Positions 1 through 9,514 of a stretch of 64,000 nt of DNA are shown in pieces. Where the stretch lies: contig OZ244852.1 in NCBI GenBank assembly GCA_965220965.1, positions 608,001 through 672,000 of the forward strand, in the 5' to 3' direction. The translations under genes were made by a program, and so were the position numbers. How positions within the stretch are numbered: the stretch's first letter is position 1; every line of letters starts with the position of its first letter. The DNA comes from Candidatus Marinacidobacterium sp. (lineage in GTDB: Bacteria > Acidobacteriota > Vicinamibacteria > Marinacidobacterales > Marinacidobacteraceae). The notes under the pieces are model-generated. The model ran no database searches. It saw only the letters and a list, made by a program, of their open reading frames with translations, and was not told the DNA's origin.

Positions 1-2082
1 GGGCAGATCGCCCCGCGGACCGTTCGCGCCAGCGACGACTTCACCTACGAGGATGAGGCGACCACCGAGGCCCGGCGGCGGGAAGCGGTGGAGATGGTGC
101 CCGACGTCTACGACTTCGACGTCCAGGTGCGGGAGGAAGCGCGGCTTCGCATCGCCCGCGCCTTCGAGTTCGGCCGCGCGGCGATCGAGGCGGGCATCGT
201 GGAGGAGCCGGACTTTCCCGAGACTCTCAACCGAACGATCGGCGCCGAGGTCAGCGCGGAACAGCTCCGGCTGCTTCTCGAAGCGGAGTTCGCCGAGGAG
301 ATCCAGCAGAACCTCGCGGACGCGGTCACGAGCGTTCTGGCGCGCGAGATCCTCGCGGAGAAGGGCGCTCTCGCCGCGCTCCAGCGACCCATCCAGCGGC
401 GCGACCCCGGTGGCGGGGGCTCCTCGATCATCGACTTCACGAACGTCCTGTCGCTCGACGAGGCGGCGCGGGCGGTCGATCTCCAGGTCCTGGCGATCTC
501 GGAACTGGACACGCGGCGGCGCCGGGTTCTGGCCGGGCTGGGGGCGGCGCTGGTCCGTCCCACCCTCGTGCACAACGAGGTCGAGACGACGCACCTCCGG
601 AGCGCGGCCGAAGAGGCGGTGGATCCGGTCGTCGTCCAGGTGCGCCGCGGAAGAACGATCGTCCGCGCCGGAGACGAGGTGACCCCCCTGGCGCGTCAGC
701 TCATGGAGGCGCGGAGCTCTCCCTCCCAGGGCGCCACCGTCTGGTCGGGCCTCGGCGCGATGTCCTTCGCGGCCCTGCTCGTCACGCTGCTGGGCGTCCT
801 CCTGGCGCCGGCCCGGGAGTCTCACCGGTGGAGGGCTCACGCCTTCGTGCTGGCCGGAAGCGTGATCCTGCTTCTGCTGGTCGCGACCCGCGGCGCGGGA
901 TTCCTCGGGCGGGCGGTCGCCGCGCAGCTCGTCAGCGAACCGTTTTCGAACCCTGCGGTCTATGTCTGGGCGGTGCCGGTGGCCTCGGTGGCGCTGCTGA
1001 TGGTGATCCTCGAGAACCAGACGTCGGCGGTCGTGACCCAGGCGCTGTTCGCCGCCGCCCTGACGCTCATGACGGGGAACCTGACCCTCGGTCTGTTCGC
1101 GCTGCTGACCGGCCTCGCCGCCGTGTTTTTCTACATGCGGTCCCCCGACCGGCGCACCCAGCTTCTCCGGCTCGGGGCGCTCGTCGGTCTGATCGGCGCG
1201 GGGCTGATCCTGGCGCTGGCCCTCGTTCGCGGAGGCTCCGGGGGAGTTCCCGAAGTGGCGCTGGAAGCGGCGACCGCCTTCCTGGGCGGGCTTCTCGTCG
1301 CGCCCCTCGTCACCGTCGTGCTTCCGATCTTCGAGCTGGCGTTCGAGCGCACCAGCGAACTGCGCCTCATGGAGCTCTCGCGGCGCGACAACCCGCTTCT
1401 GCGGCAACTGGCGCTCCGGGCGCCGGGCACCTACCAGCACAGCGTGCTCGTCGGCCTCCTCTCCGAGGCGGCCGCGGACGCCGTCGGCGCGAACTCCTCC
1501 TTCTGCGCGGCGGCGGCGCTCTATCACGACATCGGCAAGCTGGGCCGCGCGAGTTACTTCGTCGAGAACATGCGGGGGAACACCCCCCACGACGGGCTTG
1601 CACCGGAAAAGAGCGCGGACATCATCCGCCGCCACGTGACCGAGGGCATCGAGACCGCCCGGAACCTGAACCTCCCGAAGGACATCGTGGATGTGATCCC
1701 CCAGCACCACGGCACCCGCCTGATCCGGGTGTTCTACGAGAAGGCCAGGGAGGCCGCCGAAGCCAAGGGTGATGTGGTGGACGAGGACGCATTCCGCTAT
1801 CCGGGTCCCCGACCCCAGACGCGCGAGGCCGCGATCATCATGATCGCGGACAGCGTGGAAGCGGCGGCGCGCAGCGTCGAGGAACCCACGCCGGTGAAGT
1901 TCGAGCGCGTCGTGGACCGTATCCTCGGCTCGGTGGTGGAGGACAACCAGCTCGTGGAGTGCGACCTGACGCTCCGCGACATGAACCGGATCCGCACGAG
2001 CTTCCTCTCCACTCTCGCCGGGATCCACCACAAGCGGCTCACCTATCCGGGGTTCGATTTCGGGAGGCCGGCCCGTGCCTGA
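1..2082 (+). CDS. 7TM-HDIG family membrane HD phosphohydrolase (PgpH-like), 5' truncated by window edge
   Basis: Frame is open from base 1 (GQIAPRTVRASDDFTYED...). Extracellular domain, about 7 hydrophobic helices, then HD domain (APGTYQHS, YHDIGK, HHGT, IADSVEAA). Sits directly upstream of ybeY, the usual context. Confidence 0.88.
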   Translation, partial: GQIAPRTVRASDDFTYEDEATTEARRREAVEMVPDVYDFDVQVREEARLRIARAFEFGRAAIEAGIVEEPDFPETLNRTIGAEVSAEQLRLLLEAEFAEEIQQNLADAVTSVLAREILAEKGALAALQRPIQRRDPGGGGSSIIDFTNVLSLDEAARAVDLQVLAISELDTRRRRVLAGLGAALVRPTLVHNEVETTHLRSAAEEAVDPVVVQVRRGRTIVRAGDEVTPLARQLMEARSSPSQGATVWSGLGAMSFAALLVTLLGVLLAPARESHRWRAHAFVLAGSVILLLLVATRGAGFLGRAVAAQLVSEPFSNPAVYVWAVPVASVALLMVILENQTSAVVTQALFAAALTLMTGNLTLGLFALLTGLAAVFFYMRSPDRRTQLLRLGALVGLIGAGLILALALVRGGSGGVPEVALEAATAFLGGLLVAPLVTVVLPIFELAFERTSELRLMELSRRDNPLLRQLALRAPGTYQHSVLVGLLSEAAADAVGANSSFCAAAALYHDIGKLGRASYFVENMRGNTPHDGLAPEKSADIIRRHVTEGIETARNLNLPKDIVDVIPQHHGTRLIRVFYEKAREAAEAKGDVVDEDAFRYPGPRPQTREAAIIMIADSVEAAARSVEEPTPVKFERVVDRILGSVVEDNQLVECDLTLRDMNRIRTSFLSTLAGIHHKRLTYPGFDFGRPARA

Positions 2083-2626
2083 TCCGGGCGACTCCCCCCC
2101 TCCCGAACCCGCCGACCGTTTTCTGGTCCAGAACCGGCAGCGCGGCTTCGCGGTGGACACCGGCGGTCTGGCCGGTTTCCTCGAGCGGGTCGTGCGCGAC
2201 TTCGCGCCGGGCGACCGGCGCGGCGCGACGCTGCGCCTCGTCTCCGATGTGCGGATGCGGGAGCTGAACCGTCGCTTCCGGGGCCGGGACGCCCCAACCG
2301 ACGTGCTCGCCTTTCCGGCCGATCCACCGATCGGCGCGGAGGCGGAGGTCAGCGATCCGGAGGCCGGAGGCTGGCTCGCGGAGGAGCCCTACCTGGGGGA
2401 TCTGGTGGTCTCCGCGCCCACCGCCGCCCGTCAGGCCGCGGCCTCGGGGTGGGACCTCGATACCGAGCTCCGGACCCTCGCCCTCCACGGGGTCCTCCAC
2501 CTGTTCGGATACGACCATGAGACGGACCGCGGCGAAATGGACCGGCTCGAGGCGCTGCTGCGCAAGCGGCACGGGCTCCCGGTCGGCGCCGTTCTTCCCG
2601 CAGACGCGGGGGCGGGAGCGGCGTGA
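2075..2626 (+). CDS. ybeY: rRNA maturation endoribonuclease YbeY
   Basis: LNRRFRGRDAPTDVLAF, LGDLVVS and HGVLHLFGYDH zinc motif. Confidence 0.93.
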   Translation: MPDPGDSPPPEPADRFLVQNRQRGFAVDTGGLAGFLERVVRDFAPGDRRGATLRLVSDVRMRELNRRFRGRDAPTDVLAFPADPPIGAEAEVSDPEAGGWLAEEPYLGDLVVSAPTAARQAAASGWDLDTELRTLALHGVLHLFGYDHETDRGEMDRLEALLRKRHGLPVGAVLPADAGAGAA

Positions 2627-3894
2627 CCGGGATCTGGATCGCCGCGCTCTTCGGCGCGGCGCTGCTCACCGTCCTCGCCGCGCTCTTCGAGATCGCGTTC
2701 TTCGCCTCCAGTCCGATCGCCATCCGGGCCCTCGGCGACCGGGGAGAGGAGGCGCGCGCTCACCGGGAGCGCCTCGCGGACCCGCTCGCCGTGCTGATCC
2801 CCGCCCGCGGCGGGCTTCTCATGGGGGCGGCGATCGCCTCGGTCGCGCTGAATCGCGCCGGGTTCGCCGAAGGCGCCGCGTCGCTGGCGTGGGCGTTCGG
2901 CGTGTCCGCCGCCGGATGGTTCCTGCTCCGCGAGGTCATCCCGGCGGCGGTTCTGCTCCGGGATCCCGAGGACGTGTTGCGCCGGCTGTCGCCCTGGTTC
3001 CGGGCCTGGGAGCGGATCTCGCGTCCGCTGGCCGAGCCGCTGCGCCGGGCTTTGAGGCGTTTCTTCCCGCTTTCTCCCGAGCCGGATGACGAAGCCACCG
3101 ACGAGGAGGTGGCGGCGTTCCTCGAGACCGGGGAGGAGGAGGGCATCCTGGAAGAGGATGAGGCGGAGATGGTGCGCGGGGTGCTGGAGCTCGACGAGAC
3201 GCTGGTGCGGGAGGTCATGACGCCCCGTCCCCAGGTCGTCTCGGTGGATGGCGGGGCGTCGGTGGCGGCGGTCGAGGCGGTCGTCGCCGAGAGCCGCCAC
3301 CACCGGATCCCGGTGTTTGGCGAGGGCGACCGGGTGCTGGGAATCGTGGACTGCGTGGACCTGATCGCGGTGGGCCCGCACCAGCGGAGACGGCGCGCCA
3401 CGAGCGGCATCGGCCCCCTGGTCCGGCAGGTGCCGGTCGTGCCGGAGACCAAGCGGGTTGACGACCTGCTCCGGGAGTTCCGGACGACCCGGCAGACGTT
3501 CGCCGTCGTCGTCGACGAGCACGCCAGCGTCTCGGGCATCGTCACGTTGCGCGACATCTCCGAGGAGGTCGTGGGCGAAGTCCACGAGGACGCGCCGCCG
3601 CCCGAGGCCGGGATCGTCCCGGAGACCGGAGGGTTCTTTCTGGTCCGCGGCTCCGCCGAGTTGGACGACGTGTGCCGGGCGACCGGCTTCGAGCTTCCCG
3701 AATCGCTGAACGGGGCCGGGTTCGACACGGTGTCCGGCTTCGTGCTCGCGGCGTGGGGGCGCATTCCGGCCGTGGGGGAGACCATCCGGCGGGAGGGCCT
3801 GCGCATCGAGGTCGTCGAGGCGGATGAGCGGCGCGTCCACCGGGTCCGGATCGGGCCGGAGACCGGCGCCGACGACGACGACGGGGAACGCTGA
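2623..3894 (+). CDS. Hemolysin-family / CNNM-CBS-CorC_HlyC membrane protein (Mg/Co transport associated)
   Basis: N-terminal TM segment, CBS pair (VREVMTPR, HHRIPV, VVDEH), C-terminal CorC_HlyC domain (FDTVSGFV...GRIP). GTGA overlap with ybeY. Confidence 0.88.
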   Translation: MTGIWIAALFGAALLTVLAALFEIAFFASSPIAIRALGDRGEEARAHRERLADPLAVLIPARGGLLMGAAIASVALNRAGFAEGAASLAWAFGVSAAGWFLLREVIPAAVLLRDPEDVLRRLSPWFRAWERISRPLAEPLRRALRRFFPLSPEPDDEATDEEVAAFLETGEEEGILEEDEAEMVRGVLELDETLVREVMTPRPQVVSVDGGASVAAVEAVVAESRHHRIPVFGEGDRVLGIVDCVDLIAVGPHQRRRRATSGIGPLVRQVPVVPETKRVDDLLREFRTTRQTFAVVVDEHASVSGIVTLRDISEEVVGEVHEDAPPPEAGIVPETGGFFLVRGSAELDDVCRATGFELPESLNGAGFDTVSGFVLAAWGRIPAVGETIRREGLRIEVVEADERRVHRVRIGPETGADDDDGER

Positions 3895-4833
3895 TTGGAT
3901 CCCGGACCGGGCCTCCCGGCGGGCGCGGAGTCGACCGGCGCCGGCCACCGGGCGGGCTTCGTGGCGATCGTTGGTCTGCCCGGGGCGGGGAAGTCGACGC
4001 TGCTGAACCGGCTCGTCGGAACCCGGCTCGCCATCGTCACGAAGAAGCCCCAGACGACGCGTCGGCGGATCCTCGGGATCGTCCGCCGGCCGGGCCTCGA
4101 GCTGGTGCTGCTGGACACGCCCGGGATTCACCGCCCGAAGACGGGACTCGGACGGGCGATGATGCGGGCGGTCGCCGAGAGCCTCGGGGGGGCGGATGTG
4201 GCGCTCGCGGTGGTGGACGCCCGGCTTCCCTTCTCGGGCGAGTCCGCCGGCCTGTTGCGGCGTCTTTCCGGTTTCGCCGGCCCGCGCGTCATCGGGCTGA
4301 ACAAGACCGACGCCGCTTCCGCGGACCGGGTGGCCGAACTGGCCGCGCTCTACCGGGAGCGGGAGGCGGGGGAGATCGCGCGCTTTTCGGCCCGAACCGG
4401 ATCGGGGCTTGAAGGGGGTGGCCACGGGTCGCTGATGGAGGTTCTGGGAGCCCGCATCCCGCTGAGCCCTCCGCTCTACGAGGAGGGGCAGATCACCGAC
4501 CTGCCCGAAGCGTTCTTCGCCTCCGAGATCGTTCGCGAGCGCATGCTGGTGAACCTGCGCCAGGAGGTTCCGCATGCGGCGGCGGTCCGGATCGAGGAGT
4601 ACGACGGCGGGGGCGAACTCGTGCGGATCACCGCTTCCATCCTCCTGGATCGCGACTCGCAGCGCGGCATCGTGATCGGACGCGGCGGCAGGATGCTCAA
4701 GAAGATCGGCTCGGAAGCTCGCATATCGATCGAAAAACGGCTCCGCCGACGCGTTTTCCTCGGTCTCCAGGTCAAGGTGCGTCCACGCTGGCGCGACAAC
4801 CCCGGAATTCTCCGGGATCTGGGGCTCACATGA
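3895..4833 (+). CDS. era: GTPase Era
   Basis: GFVAIVGLPGAGKSTL, PQTTR, DTPG, NKTD, and KH domain with IVIGRGGRMLKKIG. Confidence 0.95.
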   Translation: MDPGPGLPAGAESTGAGHRAGFVAIVGLPGAGKSTLLNRLVGTRLAIVTKKPQTTRRRILGIVRRPGLELVLLDTPGIHRPKTGLGRAMMRAVAESLGGADVALAVVDARLPFSGESAGLLRRLSGFAGPRVIGLNKTDAASADRVAELAALYREREAGEIARFSARTGSGLEGGGHGSLMEVLGARIPLSPPLYEEGQITDLPEAFFASEIVRERMLVNLRQEVPHAAAVRIEEYDGGGELVRITASILLDRDSQRGIVIGRGGRMLKKIGSEARISIEKRLRRRVFLGLQVKVRPRWRDNPGILRDLGLT

Positions 4834-4967
4834 ACCACCCGCTGCGGGGCCCGGCGGCCGGCGCGCAGCCGGCCCGGAAACCACCGGCGTTTTCTTGACT
4901 GCGGGGGCGGCGCGACCTATCGTTCGCGCTCTCGGAAGGCCGGTACATGGTCGGCCGTCGCCACCTC

Positions 4968-5303
4968 ATGCTCAACATCCGCCTCGCCCGCACCGGCCGG
5001 AAACGGGACGCCCACTTTCGGGTCGTGGTCTCCGATTCGGCGCACGGCCGGGTGGGACGCATCGTCGAGACCGTGGGCCACTACCACCCCCGCATGCCGG
5101 ACGGCGCGGAGGGGCGGCTCGCGGTGAACACCGACCGGACGCGCTACTGGATCGGCCAGGGCGCGAAGCCGAGCACCACGGTGCGAAACCTGCTCAAGCG
5201 GGCCGGCGCCCCGGACGAGACCCCGGACGAGCCCGCCCCGCAGGCGACGGCCGAAACCACCGAGCAGGCGAAGGCCGAGCCCACCGAGCAGGCGAGCGAC
5301 TGA
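4968..5303 (+). CDS. rpsP: 30S ribosomal protein S16 (acidic C-terminal extension)
   Basis: MLNIRLARTGRKRDAHFRVVVSDS...YWIGQGAKPS. Alternative ATG at 4947. Confidence 0.95.
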   Translation: MLNIRLARTGRKRDAHFRVVVSDSAHGRVGRIVETVGHYHPRMPDGAEGRLAVNTDRTRYWIGQGAKPSTTVRNLLKRAGAPDETPDEPAPQATAETTEQAKAEPTEQASD

Positions 5304-5405
5304 CCTGCGGGGGCGCTCCCCCAGGCGGTTCGCTTCCCGGCCTCCCGGCCAGACCACCCCGCCACTCCTCCATCTCCAGCGCGTGACCAGCCGGCTCCCG
5401 ACATC

Positions 5406-5996
5406 ATGGCCGCCACGATGCCCCCCGACGCCGGGTCGGAGCGAGCCAGCCTCGAGGCCGCCGACGTGGTCGTTGGTCATGTGGTCCGTCCGTTCGGTCG
5501 CCGCGGCGAAGTCGTCATCGAGCCGCTGACCGACGACGTCCGGCGCTTCTTCGACTTCTCCGCTGTAGACCTGGGCCTCCCCGGGCGGGAGGGAGTTCGC
5601 CGGGCGGTCGAGTCGGTCCGGCTGCTCAAGGGACGCCCCGTCGTCCGGTTCGCCGGCGCCAGCGACATTCCCGGAGCGGAGGCCCTCCGCGGACAGGAAG
5701 TGAGGATCCACGCTTCCGAACGCGCCGCGCCGCCGGAGGACCACTACTACCTCGACGACCTGGTCGGCTGCGTCGCGCAGGGGCGCGACGGCCGCCGGCT
5801 GGGGGAGATCACCGGCGTCGAGGACACCGCCGGCCCCAGCCTTCTCGTGCTCCGGGACGACCGGGGGGCGGAACACCTGGTTCCGTTCGTGGAAGCGCTG
5901 TGCGTCGAGGTGGATGCGCCCGGCGCCCTGCTCGTCATGGATCTGCCGGAAGGCCTCCTCGGGCTGAACGACCGGGCCGGGACGACAGGCTCCTGA
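5406..5996 (+). CDS. rimM: Ribosome maturation factor RimM
   Basis: VGHVVRPFGRRGEV, YYLDDLVGC, LVPFV PRC-barrel. Located between rpsP and trmD. Confidence 0.93.
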   Translation: MAATMPPDAGSERASLEAADVVVGHVVRPFGRRGEVVIEPLTDDVRRFFDFSAVDLGLPGREGVRRAVESVRLLKGRPVVRFAGASDIPGAEALRGQEVRIHASERAAPPEDHYYLDDLVGCVAQGRDGRRLGEITGVEDTAGPSLLVLRDDRGAEHLVPFVEALCVEVDAPGALLVMDLPEGLLGLNDRAGTTGS

Positions 5997-5998
5997 AG

Positions 5999-6793
5999 AT
6001 GCGCGTTGACATCCTGACGCTGTTCCCGGGTATGTTCGGGGAGGTCTTCGACCACGGGATCGTCCGCCGCGCGCAGCGGGCCGGCCTCCTCCGGATCGGA
6101 GTTCACGATCTCACCGACTGGACCGCGGGCCGGTTCCAGCGCGCCGACGACGCGCCCTACGGCGGGGGCCCCGGCATGGTGATGCGGGTCGAGCCGCTGG
6201 TCGCCGGATGGGAGGCGATCCGGGAGCTGGCCCCCGACCAGCCGCGCACCGTTCTCCTGTCCCCCCGGGGCCGCCGCCTCGATCAGGATCTCGTCGCCGA
6301 CCTCGCGGCTTCGCCACGGCTCCTGCTGGTGGCCGGCCGCTACGAGGGGGTCGACGAGCGGTTCCGGGCGCTCACCGGCGCCGAGGAAGTGTCCGTTGGC
6401 GACTACGTCCTCTCAGGGGGCGAGATCCCGGCCATGATCCTCGTGGACGCCGTGACCCGGCTGATTCCGGGCGCGGTGGGGGACTCCGATTCGGTGGCCC
6501 AGGAGTCCTTCAGCGAGGGGCTGCTGGAGCACGCCCAGTACACTCGCCCGGCGGAGTTCCGGGGAGTTCACGTCCCCGAAGTGCTGCTTTCCGGCGACCA
6601 CGCGGCGGTCCGGCGATTCCGTCTCGATGACTCGCTCGCGCTGACCCGGGAGCGCCGCCCCGATCTCTACGCCGCCTACCGCGGCGCGGCCGACGCCGCG
6701 CCCGGCGCGACCTGTCCCGATGAGCCCGGGACAGGAGCCCTGCAGCCCCCCGGCGCCGCGCCGGCGGGCCTCTCCCAGGAGACCACCCGATGA
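5999..6793 (+). CDS. trmD: tRNA (guanine-N1)-methyltransferase TrmD
   Basis: MRVDILTLFP start at 5999; DDAPYGGGPGMVM, GRYEGVDER, SVGDYVLSGGE, ESFSEGLLE. Confidence 0.96.
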   Translation: MRVDILTLFPGMFGEVFDHGIVRRAQRAGLLRIGVHDLTDWTAGRFQRADDAPYGGGPGMVMRVEPLVAGWEAIRELAPDQPRTVLLSPRGRRLDQDLVADLAASPRLLLVAGRYEGVDERFRALTGAEEVSVGDYVLSGGEIPAMILVDAVTRLIPGAVGDSDSVAQESFSEGLLEHAQYTRPAEFRGVHVPEVLLSGDHAAVRRFRLDDSLALTRERRPDLYAAYRGAADAAPGATCPDEPGTGALQPPGAAPAGLSQETTR

Positions 6794-7239
6794 CCTCCAC
6801 GGAAACCGAGCCCCTTCCCGCCGACGAGGCGAGCCCCGAGGGGGCGCTGGCTCTCGCCAGCGAGACTCCCCCCGAGGCCGCCTCCCCGTCCGGGGTCGAG
6901 ATCATTCGCGAGCTGGAGGCCACCGATCTGCGTTCGGACCGGCCGGATCTTCGCCCGGGCGACGCGATCCGGGTCCACGCAACGATCCGGGAGGGAGATC
7001 GCGAGCGCATCCAGGTGTTCGAAGGCATCCTGATTGCGATGAAGCACGGTGGAAACCGGCGCACGATCACCGTGCGCAAGACCTCCTTCGGGGTCGCGGT
7101 GGAGCGGATCTTCCCGCTGCATTCGCCGCTGGTCGCGAAGATCGAGGTCGTCCGCTCCCACCATGTGCGACGCGCCAAGCTCTATTTCCTCCGCAAGCGG
7201 AAGGGCAAGGCGGCGCGTCTGCGCGAGAAGCGCCGCTGA
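6790..7239 (+). CDS. rplS: 50S ribosomal protein L19 (acidic N-terminal extension)
   Basis: RPGDAIRVH, RERIQVFEG, GVAVERIFPLHSP, VRRAKLYFLR. Confidence 0.96.
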   Translation: MTSTETEPLPADEASPEGALALASETPPEAASPSGVEIIRELEATDLRSDRPDLRPGDAIRVHATIREGDRERIQVFEGILIAMKHGGNRRTITVRKTSFGVAVERIFPLHSPLVAKIEVVRSHHVRRAKLYFLRKRKGKAARLREKRR

Positions 7240-7910
7240 GGCCGGAGGCTCGCGAGGCCCGGAAGTGCGGGGCCGCCCGATTTCCTCTCGGCGCGCCGGC
7301 CAGACCGGTCGCGTGCGCGGTGACGCCGCTGCGCGGTCTCGATCCCGCTCATCTCGCGGCGCTTCGCCGGGTCGGGGTGGACTACTTCCAGTTGCGCGAT
7401 CGAACCGCCTCCGACCGCGAGTTCGAGACCTTTCTGGAGCGGCTGGAAGCGGAGGCGCCGGATGTCCTGTCCCGGGTGCTGGTGAACGACCGGCTGGCGC
7501 TCGCCGCTTCCTTCCCGGTCGCGGGCGTTCATCTTCCCGAGAGCGGGTTCCCGCCCTCTCCGGTGCGGTCGCGCTTTCCTCCGGGCCGCCTGCTCGTGGG
7601 ACGGTCGGTCCACTCGCTCGCGGGAGCGGCGCAGGCCGCCGCCGAGGGAGCGGACTACCTGATTCTGGGCCCCTTCGCGCCCACCCGGGACGCGGTGACC
7701 GGCCCCAAGGCTCCGCTGCCGCTTGCGGTCTTTGCGGAAACGGCCGCGACCGTCCCGATCCCGGTGTGGGCCATCGGGGGGCTCTCGGCCGCGACGGTCG
7801 GGGGGCTGCGGGGCGCCGGCGTCTCCGGCGTCGCGGCGATCCGCGGCTTCTCATCCCCCGAGACCGCCGCCGCCCTGGTGTCCGCCATGCGCCGGACCCT
7901 CGCTTCGTGA
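7236..7910 (+). CDS. Thiamine phosphate synthase / TenI-like TIM-barrel protein (start uncertain: CTG 7236 or GTG 7320)
   Basis: FQLRDR, VLVNDR, GVHLP, GRSVHS, GADYLILGP, PVWAIGG motifs in the 3' part of ORF 6720..7910. Confidence 0.8.
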   Translation: MRPEAREARKCGAARFPLGAPARPVACAVTPLRGLDPAHLAALRRVGVDYFQLRDRTASDREFETFLERLEAEAPDVLSRVLVNDRLALAASFPVAGVHLPESGFPPSPVRSRFPPGRLLVGRSVHSLAGAAQAAAEGADYLILGPFAPTRDAVTGPKAPLPLAVFAETAATVPIPVWAIGGLSAATVGGLRGAGVSGVAAIRGFSSPETAAALVSAMRRTLAS

Positions 7911-7918
7911 CCCTCCGT

Positions 7919-9514
7919 ATGGGCGGTGAGGCCGCGCGGCTCCGGTACAGTAGGCGGGTTGGCCTCATGACCGCCCTTGCGGCAGCCGTCGCGCTGTTCG
8001 GGATGTCTGCAGGAGCCCAGCCCGGCCCCGACCCCGAACTGGAGAACGCCGCGGAGCGCCGGTTCCTGAGCGCCGAACAGTTCTACGCGGGCGGCCGCCA
8101 CGCCCAGGCGCTCCGGGACTTCGAGGCGATTCTGGACTCCATGGCCACCACCCGGGTCGCCGACGATGCGGCGCTCCGGATCGCCCGCCACCGGTTCGAG
8201 ATGGAGGGGGATGAAGCCGCCGCCGAGACGATGGTGGACCGTCTGCTGCGCGAGTTTCCCGCCGGAGACGCCGTGCCGGGCGCCCACTTCCTCCGCGGCG
8301 AGATCGCGGCCGCCGCGACGCCGCCGCGTCTCCTGGATGCCCGCGCCGACTTCGAACGGGTCCTCACATCGGCCGGTCCCGCGGAAACGGCCTGGTCCTT
8401 CGACGCCCTGGTCGGCATCGCCGACATCGCCCTGGCGCTGATGGACGACGAAGCCGCCGCCGGCGCGCTGCTCGCCGCGCTCCACGAAACGGCTCCGGCG
8501 CCAGGGGATCGGGCCGCCCGCCGCGAGGCGCGCCTGCTGCTCGCCCGCGCGCTGGCGCGTCAGGGAAACACCGGCGCGGCGCTCACCGAGATCGCCGGGC
8601 TTCGCGCCGAAGCGCTCGACGTGATCGCCACCGCCGATCCGGGGTCGGAGGCGGCGGTCGCCGCCGCGGCGCTGGCCGAGCGGGCGTCGGACTTCGCCAC
8701 GCTGCTCGGTCGGTTCGGACGGCGCGGCGCTCCGGAGTGGCGGGTGGCTGGCGCCCTCAGTCCTCCAAGGCGGCTGGACGAACCGGTCCGCCTCCGTTTC
8801 GCCGACGGGCAGCTTCATGTGCTGGACCGCGACCTGGAGGAGCTCCAGAGCCTCTCCCTCGAGGCGGAGTTCGTCCGCGCCTTCGGGCTCGACGATCCCC
8901 GGGACGTCGCGTTCACGCTGGAAGTGAGTTCTCCTGCGGGCGAACCCCTGGCGATCGTGGCCGCCGAAGACATCCTCGGCCTTGGCGGCAACGTGCTTCC
9001 GATGGAGGCGCCCGCCACCCGGCGCGCCCGGCCGCTCGACCGGATGCGCGCCGTCACCGCCTCCCTGGAGGGGTTCTGGGTGTGGGACGACCGCGAGAAG
9101 GCGGTGTTCTCCTTCGCCCTCTCCGGGGCCTCGCTCGGTCGCACTCCGCATGGTCCGCTCGAGGACGTTCTGCGGATCGGGCGCCATCCCGCCGGGTGGC
9201 TCATGGTGATCGACGAGGAGCAGGGCGTGCTCGCCTTCGACGCCGACGGGGCCCGGATCTTCCAGGTGGCGCCCGACGCCGGGATGCCGGAGCCGGTGGA
9301 CTTCGCGTTCGATGAGCTCGGGAACCTCTACGTGCTCGAGCGGAGCGGGCCGACGCTCTCGGTTCGCGACGCCTCGTTCCGTCCGGTTGTGACGCTCCGC
9401 GGGTCCGAGTGGACCGGGGGGCAGGTGCGGGAGCCGATCTCGCTGGATGTGGGTCCCGACGGGACGCTGTTCATCCTGGACGAGGCCACGCGCGCCGTGG
9501 TGGTGCTCGAATGA
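7919..9514 (+). CDS. Exported protein with BamD/YfiO-like TPR N-terminus and NHL/6-bladed beta-propeller C-terminus
   Basis: Signal-like segment (LMTALAAAVALFGMSAGA), TPR-like helices (AEQFYAGGRHAQALRDFEAIL...ADDAAL, LLREFPAGDAVPGAHF), NHL-like repeats (PVDFAFDELGNLYVLE, PISLDVGPDGTLFILD). Start could be 7907-7968. Confidence 0.65.
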   Translation: MGGEAARLRYSRRVGLMTALAAAVALFGMSAGAQPGPDPELENAAERRFLSAEQFYAGGRHAQALRDFEAILDSMATTRVADDAALRIARHRFEMEGDEAAAETMVDRLLREFPAGDAVPGAHFLRGEIAAAATPPRLLDARADFERVLTSAGPAETAWSFDALVGIADIALALMDDEAAAGALLAALHETAPAPGDRAARREARLLLARALARQGNTGAALTEIAGLRAEALDVIATADPGSEAAVAAAALAERASDFATLLGRFGRRGAPEWRVAGALSPPRRLDEPVRLRFADGQLHVLDRDLEELQSLSLEAEFVRAFGLDDPRDVAFTLEVSSPAGEPLAIVAAEDILGLGGNVLPMEAPATRRARPLDRMRAVTASLEGFWVWDDREKAVFSFALSGASLGRTPHGPLEDVLRIGRHPAGWLMVIDEEQGVLAFDADGARIFQVAPDAGMPEPVDFAFDELGNLYVLERSGPTLSVRDASFRPVVTLRGSEWTGGQVREPISLDVGPDGTLFILDEATRAVVVLE

